Assembly: GCA_963793865.1 (NCBI GenBank)
Contig: CAWCBP010000011.1
Coordinates: 64,001 to 128,000, forward strand
Reading direction: 5' to 3'
Origin: an uncultured delta proteobacterium
GTDB lineage: Bacteria > Desulfobacterota > WTBG01
Length of the DNA stretch: 64,000 nt
The translations under genes and the position numbers were made by a program. Below the pieces are notes generated by a model that worked only from the letters and a program-made list of their open reading frames with translations, had not been told where the DNA came from and searched no databases. This document shows positions 21,317 to 30,881 of the stretch, piece by piece; the stretch's first letter is position 1; each line of letters begins with the position of its first letter.

Positions 21317-22102
21317 ATGGACCCGAGGATGCTTGAGATCGTGAGCACCAAGCCGGAGCTGGTTACCGCCCTGCCGCGCTGGATGTTCCCCGAGCCTCTA
21401 GAAAGGGAACTGCAAACAACAGAGGGCCTGGCCATGGGGGAGATTGCGGGAAGGGACAGCGTGGCGGCAGTGCTTGAGGCGGTGAAAGAGAAGAAGCTGA
21501 GGGCGCTGCTTCCCACCATTGCCTATACGGGCACCGAGTTCGGGGACTGGGCGCCGCTTTTTAAGAAGATTGAGCTGCTCGCTCGAGAGCTGGCCGGAAG
21601 GAGCGTAAAGGTATTTGATCCTGTGCTGCTGGGTGCGCCCCGGTGGTGGCGCCATCTCTGCGGCAGAGATGTGCCGTCTCTCTTCGAACGGTTCGGGTTT
21701 TATTCCCCCTGTGCCGGATGCCACCTCTATCTGCACGCCGTGAGGATACCCCTGGCCAGGAGAATCAACTGTAAGATCATAATCGGCGGTGAGAGAGAAT
21801 CTCACGCAGGTACAGTTAAAATCAACCAGACCGCCTCCGCCCTTGATGCCTATGCAGCTTTTGCCGGCTCATTCGGCATCGAGCTCTTTTTGCCTTTGCG
21901 GAAGATAAGCAGAGATGAAGACATTGCCTCCATCATCGGTCGTCAGCGGTGGGAAGCTGATGAACAGCTCGGATGCGTACTGAGCGGGAACTACCGGGAT
22001 GAAACAGGAAAGGTCGCCTGCCGGGAGGAAGACATTAAAAGATTTTTTAATGAATATGCCCTTGGAGAGGCAGAATGCCTGGTAAGGGAGGTTTTGCCTT
22101 AG
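21317..22102 (+). CDS. Conserved hypothetical protein, possible PP-loop-like fold with CxxCH
   Basis: EIAGRDS, YTGTEFG, SPCAGCHLYLH, GGERESH, EQLGCVLSGNY; coupled to the upstream gene. Confidence 0.65.
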   Translation: MDPRMLEIVSTKPELVTALPRWMFPEPLERELQTTEGLAMGEIAGRDSVAAVLEAVKEKKLRALLPTIAYTGTEFGDWAPLFKKIELLARELAGRSVKVFDPVLLGAPRWWRHLCGRDVPSLFERFGFYSPCAGCHLYLHAVRIPLARRINCKIIIGGERESHAGTVKINQTASALDAYAAFAGSFGIELFLPLRKISRDEDIASIIGRQRWEADEQLGCVLSGNYRDETGKVACREEDIKRFFNEYALGEAECLVREVLP

Positions 22103-22120
22103 CATCCATGACCTAACGGC

Positions 22121-22402
22121 TTAATACCTCCGATATCCCCCTCTGGGCTTGCTCTTCTGCGGCTTTGCCTGATTGACTTTAATTGCCAGGCCCTTCATCT
22201 CTTTGCCATTAAGGCCGTTCATCGCCGCCTGCGCCTCCGCCCCGGAAGGCATCTCCACGAACCCAAAACCTTTTGACTCGCCGGTGTACTTGTCTTTGAT
22301 TATTTTTACCGAGGTGACTTCACCGAACGGTTCAAAAGCCTGCTGCAGTTCACTTTCGGAAACATTAAGCGCCAGATTGCCTACATAAAGATTCATCTCC
22401 AT
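22121..22402 (-). CDS. RRM RNA-binding protein
   Basis: RNP2 LYVGNL, RNP1 KGFGFVEM. Confidence 0.95.
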   Translation of the reverse strand: MEMNLYVGNLALNVSESELQQAFEPFGEVTSVKIIKDKYTGESKGFGFVEMPSGAEAQAAMNGLNGKEMKGLAIKVNQAKPQKSKPRGGYRRY

Positions 22403-22830
22403 CTCCTTGCATGATGCGTTGTTGGTCCGGATTTCTTCGTGAATTCCCGCGGCGCCGGAGGCGACCGTCGGCTGTGCGGTATACAGTGAACAGGGTGCTG
22501 ACGATAAAATACTTTAATGACGGAAACACGCAATCATTTCAATAACACGACAATCAAAAAGAAGGGTAGGTGGTATCAAAATGAGGATCCAGGATGATTA
22601 GAAACATCCTGCGCTGCTCGCAGTCCCGGGAGGCAATCTGCCGTTTCGGGCGGGTACATCATCAAGATATGATTTTTAAAAACGTTTCTTAAGGGTATCT
22701 TCTATAATGGAAGTGCTCATTTGTCAATTAGTATTTGCATTATTGACTGATGCCTTTTTTACCGCCCCGGCCGGGCAGGCGCTTCGGGAGGTACGCATGA
22801 GGCCACTGCCGGCTGTTTTTGAAAGGGTGG

Positions 22831-24048
22831 TCAGTTCATCGCATCGTGCACCAGGTCAATGATATCGTAAATGCGGATCGGACTGTTGGAATTTTTAGCC
22901 GCGGTATCAAGATTCATTTCACAGAACGGACAGGCGGTGACAATCGCCTCGGCGCCCGTCCCGGCGGCGGACTCAACGGCAGCCCGGCCGATTGTTTCTG
23001 CAAGTATGCCTGACTCAAAAATCCGCATTCCCCCGCCGGCCCCGCAGCAGATGGTATTTTCCCGGGTGGCGGTTCTTTCCAGCAGGGTAACGCCCGGCAC
23101 GGAATTAAGAATTTCCCGCGGCGCATCATAGATGCCCAGATATCTGCCCAGATGGCAGGGATCGTGGTAGGCTGCCTTGAGCGAGGTTTTTTTCTTCAGG
23201 GCGAGTTTGTTTTCTTTCAGCAGCCGAGGCAACAATTCAACTATGTGTATCACGGCAGGTTCCAGTTTTTTTTCGGCCCCGGCATATTCCTTTTTGAGCA
23301 TGCTGGTACAGCCCGCGCAGAGGGTAACGATGGTTTTACAGCCGAGGCCGTTAAACAGGCTGATATTATCTTCCATCATGGCGCCGGCAAGGTCCAGGTC
23401 GCCGATTCTTTTCTGCACGCTGCCGCAGCAGGGTTCATCCTTTCCCAGAACGGCAAAGTCAACGCCCGCCTTTTGCAGAATCAGCGCCGCTTTTTTTGCC
23501 CGTCCGGACAGGGCCTGGCTGGACGCCATGGTGCAGCCGACAAAGAGGAGCACGGGTGCGGGTTCTTTCCCTGCCTGCTTGAGCCCCATCCCGTGCGCCC
23601 ACTTGTCCCTGGCCGCCCGGGGAAGCCCCCAGGGATTGTTATACCGGCGGGTCGCGTTCAACACGGTCTGGTATGCGGGGTCGATCCACTCGGGATGATT
23701 CCGCAAAAAATCGGCCCGCATGGCCTGAACAATTCCGGTGGTGTCAACCAGCGCTTCGCCCGTGTCCCCGTTGAGACTGCCGCACTGGGTCATGCAATTG
23801 CTGCAGAGGGTGCAGCTGAACAGAACTTCGGCAAGTTCCCTGGAAGGCTCTATCCTGCCTTCCAGCAGGCCTTGCGCGATGACCGTCTTGCCCCGGGCGT
23901 AAAAATGGTCAAAGCCCGGGGTTGAGTCCCTGACCGGGCAGATGTAGGGTACGGAGGCGGTCACCTTGTTGCCGCACATGCCGCATCTGCGGCAGCTGTA
24001 CAGCGTCCGGCTGACTTTCTTGAGATTATTCATCTTCTCTTTGCCCAT
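22831..24048 (-). CDS. Fe-S oxidoreductase with two CCG domains (GlcF/HdrD-like)
   Basis: CRRCGMC, CTLCSNCMTQC, EPCCG, YHDPCHLGR, CCGAGGG, TACPFC. Confidence 0.88.
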   Translation of the reverse strand: MGKEKMNNLKKVSRTLYSCRRCGMCGNKVTASVPYICPVRDSTPGFDHFYARGKTVIAQGLLEGRIEPSRELAEVLFSCTLCSNCMTQCGSLNGDTGEALVDTTGIVQAMRADFLRNHPEWIDPAYQTVLNATRRYNNPWGLPRAARDKWAHGMGLKQAGKEPAPVLLFVGCTMASSQALSGRAKKAALILQKAGVDFAVLGKDEPCCGSVQKRIGDLDLAGAMMEDNISLFNGLGCKTIVTLCAGCTSMLKKEYAGAEKKLEPAVIHIVELLPRLLKENKLALKKKTSLKAAYHDPCHLGRYLGIYDAPREILNSVPGVTLLERTATRENTICCGAGGGMRIFESGILAETIGRAAVESAAGTGAEAIVTACPFCEMNLDTAAKNSNSPIRIYDIIDLVHDAMN

Positions 24049-24083
24049 TGCCGTCTTATCTTCTCTTCCTTGAGGTCAGCCAG

Positions 24084-24210
24084 CAGGCTGTTGAAAAACA
24101 CCCATCCCCTGCATTACACGCTTATCCTTCGTCATTGCAGCGTACCGGAAAGTACGCCTCATTCCTCATGATTCCGCGTGCCTTGCATCTGGATGTTTTT
24201 AACCAGCCTG
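24084..24210. mobile_element. MITE-like element inside the FAD/Fe-S gene pair
   Basis: Inverted ends CAGGCTGTTGAAAAA...TTTTTAACCAGCCTG. Confidence 0.6.
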
Positions 24211-24231
24211 AAAGAAAAAACTTTTTCAGCA

Positions 24232-25668
24232 CTACAGCCAGAGGCCGGGATTCAAAATGCCGTGCGGATCAAGTGTGCTCTTAATGGTCTTGTATAAAGA
24301 CCTGAAACCCGGTGACCAGTAGGCGGCGTTCAGGTTGCTCATGACGCCCTGGTTGTAGACATCAATGAAACCGAGCTCGTGGGTATATTGCTGAAAGTCG
24401 TAAATCATGGTTCGGATAAAGTTCTCCAGTTCGGGATCATCGGAATCCCTGAAAAACGCGTCCACCTCTCCGCTCAGGTAACACTGGTCGGCCGGCGTAA
24501 AAAACTCAAACCGGGCCACGCATTGGAACCCCTGTCGCGTTGCCTCCTCGACCCGCTTCTCTCTCCACTCGATGAGCCGAGGGTACACATCCTGAAAGCC
24601 GGCCCGGGGCATGTTAAAGGGAAGCCATGCTGCCCGGCCCAGGCCGTTGAAAAAGCCGAGGCCGAACATCTCCATGCCTCCCTCGCCTTCACCTGAACGG
24701 GACATGGCTTCCGACATGGCGTTCAGTGCCGGGTTCCGCCCCGCGTTCATGTCCGCCGCCAGTGCGTCGAAGGCATCGCGCTTGGCCTCCATCTCCGGGA
24801 TGGTATGTCCCTGCATGATGGCCAGCGCGGTGAATTTTCCCCCGGTACCGGCGCCGGGCATAAAGATTTCCATGGCTGCCGGACCAAAGACCAGCAGGGG
24901 ATCAAACGGATGAGGTGAAACACGCTTGACATGGCGTAGAATTAGTTCCAGTGCATCTTCAAGTGTGCCCAGTTCGACAATGGATGCCCGGGTAATCCGC
25001 GGGAGGCCCAGCAGCCGTATCGTTGCCTCGGTTTTAATGCCGAACGACCCGCCGTCGCCGATGAAAAGCCCGGTGAAGTCAGGCCCGCCGAGGCTGCGAT
25101 TATAATAAAGCGGCTGATGGATGTTGGTGCCCGGTCCCCCGCCCGTTTTTACGATGGTGCCGTCAGGAAGCACTACGGTCACGCTCATTATTTCCGCCGA
25201 TATGCCCGCGCCCCCTGCGGCTCCCGACATCCAGCCGCCCAAGGAAACCGTGTGCACGGGGGCAGAGGGCGTGAAAATAAAGAAGCCGGCCTGATTGCAG
25301 GCATGCTGAAGCTTGCCCATCATAATTCCTGCCTGGGTGGTAACCGTCAGGTTCTTGGGATTGAGATCCAGGATCCTGTTCATCCGGGTCATGTCAATCA
25401 GCAGGTTGGATCCGGGGATGCCTTTGGGCTGTCCATAAATGCTCGATCCGCCGCCCCGGACCACAACCGGGATACGGTGCTGATGGGCCAGCGCCATAAT
25501 TTTAGAAACTTCTTCAGTCGAACCGGGGCGCACCACGGTTTCAGCCTGCGTGCCGCCAAATACGCTGGTGTCCCGGGTATAAGCAAAGGTGGCATAATGG
25601 CCGGTGGTTACAAACTTTTCGCCCGCAATTTCCTGTAATCCCCGAAGGATTTCTTCAGAATGCGCCAT
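24232..25668 (-). CDS. FAD-linked oxidoreductase (GlcD/VAO-PCMH family)
   Basis: VVRPGSTEEV, VVRGGGSS, IDMTRMNRI, C-terminal LDPHGILNPG. Confidence 0.88.
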   Translation of the reverse strand: MAHSEEILRGLQEIAGEKFVTTGHYATFAYTRDTSVFGGTQAETVVRPGSTEEVSKIMALAHQHRIPVVVRGGGSSIYGQPKGIPGSNLLIDMTRMNRILDLNPKNLTVTTQAGIMMGKLQHACNQAGFFIFTPSAPVHTVSLGGWMSGAAGGAGISAEIMSVTVVLPDGTIVKTGGGPGTNIHQPLYYNRSLGGPDFTGLFIGDGGSFGIKTEATIRLLGLPRITRASIVELGTLEDALELILRHVKRVSPHPFDPLLVFGPAAMEIFMPGAGTGGKFTALAIMQGHTIPEMEAKRDAFDALAADMNAGRNPALNAMSEAMSRSGEGEGGMEMFGLGFFNGLGRAAWLPFNMPRAGFQDVYPRLIEWREKRVEEATRQGFQCVARFEFFTPADQCYLSGEVDAFFRDSDDPELENFIRTMIYDFQQYTHELGFIDVYNQGVMSNLNAAYWSPGFRSLYKTIKSTLDPHGILNPGLWL

Positions 25669-26022
25669 TATTTATCACCAATAAATATTCTATTATATCA
25701 ATTAATTATAGATGAACAGTGATAATTTGCTTTACGTTGTAATGCTTGCCTGGGTTGGGGGGGAAATAAAAAGGCTTGATACAATCCCCCAGTCACAAAA
25801 GGTGCATTTTTCCTCCGCAGAACCATTATGATATGGAAGAGATCTATGGTTGGAGATCAAACTGTATAAGAAGGGCAGAGCTATGTCAAGTAATTGCTTT
25901 GAGGTTGTGAGATAGACGCCCATATCCTCGATCATAACCGGGCAGAGAAAAGAAAATCGTTTCTGGCTATTCTATTTCTTTGGGGAGAATGCGAATACTG
26001 TTGGCGTGTCTGAAAATGCGGA

Positions 26023-26893
26023 TCAGGGCCGGTGATTTCCGTTGGAATAGCTGTTTTTGTTTCCCCTCAGGTGAAGTCCGGTGAGCGTTTCCGCAAGATA
26101 TGAGAAGGCTTCATCCGGGTCATTGCTGAAGTGGATCAGGGCGAGGTCCTCAGAGTTCTATAGCGCCTTTACGCACCAGCGCGTCGAAATTGATAACCTC
26201 ATTCCAGTAATCAGTCCCATAGACCACCACCGGCATGGGTTTGCGCGATCTCCTGGTTTGAATCAGGGTGAGCACCTCAAACAACTCATCCAGGGTGCCG
26301 AACCCGCCCGGGAAAATTATCAAAGCCTTGGCCAGGTACACGAACCAGAACTTGCGCATAAAGAAATAGTGAAACTCAAAACCGAGGTCGTTGGTGACAT
26401 AGGGATTGGGAGATTGCTCCAGGGGAAGGGTGATGTTAAGGCCGATGGATTGACCGTTTGCCTCGCTTGCCCCGCGGTTTGCGGCCTCCATGATTCCCGG
26501 ACCGCCGCCGGTGCAGATGATGAAGCGCTTCTGGCCTTTTCCGAGTCCCTTGGACCACTCGGTGAGCTTGCGGGACAGGATGACGGCCTCATCGTAGTAG
26601 CGTGACAAGGCAAATTCTTGCTCAAGCTTTGCGAAGGATTCCCGGATTTCTTCGGATGTATGGCCTGAACCGTGCTGAAGCTGTTCCATGTCATATTTGA
26701 CAGCGGCTGAAGAGCGGAAGCGGGCGGAACCGAAAAACACAATGGTATCAGCGATGCCGTGGGTCCGGAAGCGGGTGAGCGGTTCAAGATATTCGGCCAT
26801 GATGCGTATCAGACGAGCATCGGGGCTGTTGAGAAATTTCTGGTTTTTATAGGCCTTGATTGCCTTCATTCCGGAACCGGAGCCATTGGCCAT
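26023..26893 (-). CDS. LOG family protein (TIGR00730); indel near 26155
   Basis: FFGSAR, TGGGPGIMEAANRG, FHYFFMRK, PGGFGTLDE; shifted frame ends at TGA 26023-26025. Confidence 0.9.
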
Positions 26894-27024
26894 GCAGTCT
26901 CCTTAAACCGCCTTCTTTTATTCGGACACTATCTCGTCGGCACATCCTGCTTTCGAGCTTAGCATAAAAAAATGCGAACCCGGCGAAGAAAGCTCGCCGG
27001 GGGAATCGGGTTGGGGGCAGCGCG

Positions 27025-27918
27025 CTATCGGGATGAGGCCAGAAATTGCAGCAGCGCTTCACACAGCGGCGAGGGGGTTTGCTTCCTGTCCCGGATGATA
27101 AAGAAGGTGCGGGGGAAGCGCACTTTCCGTATGGAAATTTTTTTTAATGTCCCGAGACCGAGTTCCTCCTCGACGGCGCGGGCTGAAATGAGGGATATGC
27201 CCAGCCGCGCCTTTATTGCCTGCTTGACCGCGGTGGTGCTTCCCACCTCGGCTACGATGTTTAAATTATCCGCGGTGATGCCCTGCTCATGCAGGAGCTT
27301 TTCCATGCTGATGCGGGTTCCTGATCCCGCCTCCCTCATGATGAACGGTTCGTCATGCAATTCATGAAGGGCAATGGATGCCCGCTTCCACCAGCGGTGC
27401 CCCCGCGGCACCGCCAGTATCAGCTCGTCCTCCACAAAGGGCGTGAACTGCACGCGGGGATTTGCCAGCTTTGCCCCGACGATGCCCAGCTCTATTTTTC
27501 TGGCAAGCAGCGCCTCAATGATGTTCTCCGTATCACCGATGCGAATGGTAATCCGTATGGCGGGATAGAGGGTTTTGAATTTTTCCAGTTGCCGGGGCAG
27601 GATGTATTCACCCGGGATGGTGCTCGCCCCCAGGACCAGCTGCCCGCTCTTTTTGCCCAGGAACAGGTCAACCGCCTGCTGCGCCTTCCCCCGCAAGGCG
27701 GTGATCTGCTTCGCGTAGCCGTACAGCACCTCGCCGGCCCTGGTCAAGGCCACCTCCTTTCCCAATCGGTCAAAAAGCCTGGTGCCGAGGTAGTTTTCAA
27801 GCGCGCATATGTGCTGGCTGACCGTTGGCTGGGTGAGGCACATTCGCTGGGCGGCCTTGGAGAAGCTTTTCAGTTCCGCAACCTGCACGAAAATTTCACA
27901 CTGGTGGATGTCGAGCAT
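27025..27918 (-). CDS. LysR-family regulator (CysL / selenium-metabolism-associated type)
   Basis: SFSKAAQRMCLTQPTVSQHI HTH, GASTIPGEYILP, REAGSGTR. Confidence 0.9.
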   Translation of the reverse strand: MLDIHQCEIFVQVAELKSFSKAAQRMCLTQPTVSQHICALENYLGTRLFDRLGKEVALTRAGEVLYGYAKQITALRGKAQQAVDLFLGKKSGQLVLGASTIPGEYILPRQLEKFKTLYPAIRITIRIGDTENIIEALLARKIELGIVGAKLANPRVQFTPFVEDELILAVPRGHRWWKRASIALHELHDEPFIMREAGSGTRISMEKLLHEQGITADNLNIVAEVGSTTAVKQAIKARLGISLISARAVEEELGLGTLKKISIRKVRFPRTFFIIRDRKQTPSPLCEALLQFLASSR

Positions 27919-28074
27919 GGCCGACAATACATCCCCTGTACGGTTTTTTTGGATGAACTCTATTGAAAGTAATGAGTTAAGTCAAGTGATTAAAACAAAT
28001 GCCGGCATGGTGAGGAGCGGTCGGGCAGTGTTGGGGCAGGGGACTGCATCAATAAAAAATTAGCTAAATAAATC

Positions 28075-28123
28075 TTGACAGGGAAATAGTGCTGTGCTAG
28101 GTATCTGAATGAACCATCATTCA
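28075..28123 (+). promoter_or_regulatory. -35 TTGACA and FadR(YsiA)-box-like operator
   Basis: TTGACA at 28075-28080; palindrome TGAATGA-ACCA-TCATTCA at 28106-28123. Confidence 0.75.
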
Positions 28124-28164
28124 TTTTTTGTCTGTTTTAAATTTTTATTTATAATCGAAGCGTT

Positions 28165-28776
28165 ATGAAGAATAACCATGCGCGCGGTGAGGACAAACAC
28201 CAGCGAATCATAGCAGCAGCGCTGAAAGTATTTGCCAGGAAAGGTTTCTTTAATTCCAAGGTTTCTGAGATTGCTCAGGAAGCGGGTGTTGCTGACGGCA
28301 CCATCTACCTTTATTTTAAGAACAAGGATGATATTCTCATTTCTGTTTTTGAAACAGAAATGAAGGCAATGATCAGCACCATGAAAAAAGAGCTGAGCAA
28401 GTGCCATGACCCCCTGGAAAAAATAAAAATGTTTGCCTTTCAGCATCTCAATATGATAACAGAAAACCAGGAGTGGGCAGAGGTGGCGCAGGTTGAATTG
28501 AGACAGAGCAGCAAGTTCATGCGGGAATATGTGAAGGATAACTTTGCCGCGTACCTCGATATATTTGCCGCCATTATCCGCGAGGGCCAGGAAAAGGGGG
28601 TTATTAAAGCAAGCATCAATACCGGAATTGCCAAGAGGGCCTTTTTCGGCGCGCTGGATGAAATGGGCAGGTACTGGGTTCTTTCCCGGGCACGGCGGTA
28701 CACCATTGAAGAATCGGCAAAGCAGATAAGCGATTTTTTTTTAAACGGTGTTATCAATAAAGAAGGGGCACAATAA
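28165..28776 (+). CDS. TetR-family regulator, FadR/YsiA-like
   Basis: IAQEAGVADGTIYLYFKNKDDIL, QVELRQS, FGALDE. Confidence 0.9.
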   Translation: MKNNHARGEDKHQRIIAAALKVFARKGFFNSKVSEIAQEAGVADGTIYLYFKNKDDILISVFETEMKAMISTMKKELSKCHDPLEKIKMFAFQHLNMITENQEWAEVAQVELRQSSKFMREYVKDNFAAYLDIFAAIIREGQEKGVIKASINTGIAKRAFFGALDEMGRYWVLSRARRYTIEESAKQISDFFLNGVINKEGAQ

Positions 28777-28802
28777 TAATCAGGTGATGAGGAGGTTTGG
28801 TA

Positions 28803-29597
28803 ATGGACATTATCGTTTGCATGAAGCAGGTCCCCGATTCCGAGGCCCAGATCAGGGTCAGGCCCGACGGGAAGGGCATTGTCGACAGCGATATTAAATT
28901 CGTCATGAATCCCTACGACGAGTACGCGGTTGAGGAGGCGCTTAAACTGAAGGAAAAATTCGGCGGGAGTGTTACCCTCATCTGTCTCGGACCGCAGCGC
29001 GCGGTTGATGCCATCAGGACGGGACTGGCAATGGGCGCCGACAAGGCAGTCCACCTTGATGACCCCGCGTTTGAAGGCGGGGACGCCATCAGCATCGCCA
29101 AGGCCCTGGCCGCGGTCATAAAGGGGCTGCCCCATGATCTTATCTTCTGCGGAAAGCAGGCCATTGATGATGACTCGGCAACGGTCGGGCCGGCCCTCGC
29201 CGAAATCCTCGGCATCCCCCAGGTGGTCCTGGTAATGAAGGTTGAAGTTTCAGAAGATAAGAAGTCGGCAAAAGTGAACCGTCAGATCCTCGGCGGCGAG
29301 GAGGTGTTGCAGGTTCCCCTGCCGGCGGTGCTGACGGCTCAGAAGGGCTTGAACGAACCGCGTTACGCCTCGCTTCCCGGCATCATGAAGGCCAAGAAAA
29401 AAGAGATAAAATCAATGAAGGTCGCGGACCTGGGAATCGGCGCTGACAGCATCGGGGCGGCCGGCGCGCGAACCAGGATTCTGCACATGTCCGCACCGCC
29501 CCAGCGGCAGGCAGGTAAAATTATCCCCGGCGAAACCCCCGAAGAAAAGGCCCCGGTCCTGGCGAAACTGCTGAGGGAAGAGGCTAAAATAATCTGA
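28803..29597 (+). CDS. etfB: Electron transfer flavoprotein beta subunit
   Basis: CMKQVPD, NPYDEYAVEEA, GKQAIDDD, NEPRYASLPGIMKAKKK. Confidence 0.96.
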   Translation: MDIIVCMKQVPDSEAQIRVRPDGKGIVDSDIKFVMNPYDEYAVEEALKLKEKFGGSVTLICLGPQRAVDAIRTGLAMGADKAVHLDDPAFEGGDAISIAKALAAVIKGLPHDLIFCGKQAIDDDSATVGPALAEILGIPQVVLVMKVEVSEDKKSAKVNRQILGGEEVLQVPLPAVLTAQKGLNEPRYASLPGIMKAKKKEIKSMKVADLGIGADSIGAAGARTRILHMSAPPQRQAGKIIPGETPEEKAPVLAKLLREEAKII

Positions 29598-29629
29598 TTA
29601 CTTCCGTTTTATGCTGAAAGGAGCACGAT

Positions 29630-30622
29630 ATGGCAAAAGGAATCTGGATTTTTGCGGAACGAACTGATGGAACGCTGAGGAAGGTAAGCTTCGAGATGTT
29701 AAGCGAGACCAGGAAAATGGCCGATACGCTGGGCGAAGAGCTCTGCGTGGTTGTTCTCGGTGAAGGGGTTGAGGCGGCAACAAAGGATTGCGGCCCTTAC
29801 GGGGCGGACAAGGTGTATGCGGTTGAAAGCCCCCTGCTCAAGGACTATACCACGGAGGCCTATGCCAAGGCACTGGTGGATCTGGTCAAGCAGCACCAGC
29901 CCTCGATTCTGCTGGGAGGCGCGACGGTCATCGGCAAAGACCTCTTTCCCCGGGTTGCCGCCCGGCTGGACACGGGCCTGGCCGTGGACTGCACGGAGAT
30001 TAAGCTGGGAGAGGGCAACCAGTTTGTGGCCACACGGCCGATGTGCGCCGGCAAGGTGTACGCCGATATCGCTTTTTCTGAGGCGACTCCGAAGATGGCC
30101 ACCGTCCGTCCCAACGTTCTCATCCCCGCTCAGCCCGACGCGTCGCGCACAGCAGAGGTGATAAAGGTTGCCCCGGCGCTCTCCCCTGATGATATCAAGT
30201 GCAAGGTGGTGGAGCAGCTTAAAGTGGCGGGAGAGAAAGTTGACCTGACGGAAGCTGAAATCATCATCTCCGGCGGCCGCGGTATGAAGGGCCCCGAGAG
30301 CTTTGCCCTGCTGGAAGAAATGGCGGCGGTGCTGAACGCAACCGTCGGCGCCTCCAGGGCGGCGGTTGACGCCGGCTGGAGACCGCAGTCGGACCAGGTG
30401 GGACAGACGGGCAAGGTGGTTTCTCCCAACCTGTACATTGCCTGCGGCATTTCGGGTGCCATTCAGCACTTCGCGGGAATGGGCACATCCAAGTATATTG
30501 TGGCCATCAACAAGGATCCCGAAGCCGTGATCTTCGGCAAGTGTGACTACGGGATCTGCGATGACCTGTTCAAGGTTATGCCCGCACTGACGGAAGAAAT
30601 TAAGAAGATACGGAAAGAATAG
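29630..30622 (+). CDS. etfA: Electron transfer flavoprotein alpha subunit
   Basis: [36 protein letters not shown]. Confidence 0.96.
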   Translation: MAKGIWIFAERTDGTLRKVSFEMLSETRKMADTLGEELCVVVLGEGVEAATKDCGPYGADKVYAVESPLLKDYTTEAYAKALVDLVKQHQPSILLGGATVIGKDLFPRVAARLDTGLAVDCTEIKLGEGNQFVATRPMCAGKVYADIAFSEATPKMATVRPNVLIPAQPDASRTAEVIKVAPALSPDDIKCKVVEQLKVAGEKVDLTEAEIIISGGRGMKGPESFALLEEMAAVLNATVGASRAAVDAGWRPQSDQVGQTGKVVSPNLYIACGISGAIQHFAGMGTSKYIVAINKDPEAVIFGKCDYGICDDLFKVMPALTEEIKKIRKE

Positions 30623-30881
30623 TGCCCGATGGGTTTCGTGCTGCCGCGTGTTTTTCTTGCGGCAGCATGGTATCGCGTGCATCGGCTGCCTTTCAGGTGT
30701 ATAGGGAAACGCCGCAGCATCCCTCTCCCGCGGGAGAGGGATGGCTGAGCAGGGTGTGATGCATGTGCCGGATGCCGGCTCATCGCCGCTCTGCGGGCGC
30801 TTTGTGGTTGTTGTTTTTTTGTTTTCATTCATGGCAGCAAAGCGCCATTGTGATCTGGTCCAACACTGAAAAGGGTATAGA

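Noticed and set aside
21708..21725. CAGCH as a c-type heme site
   Set aside because: The protein has no export signal; more likely a cytoplasmic metal site.
22403..22830. Riboswitch or ncRNA upstream of the RRM gene
   Set aside because: Long spacer with small hairpins but no family motif I can recognise; an Rfam cmscan would be needed.
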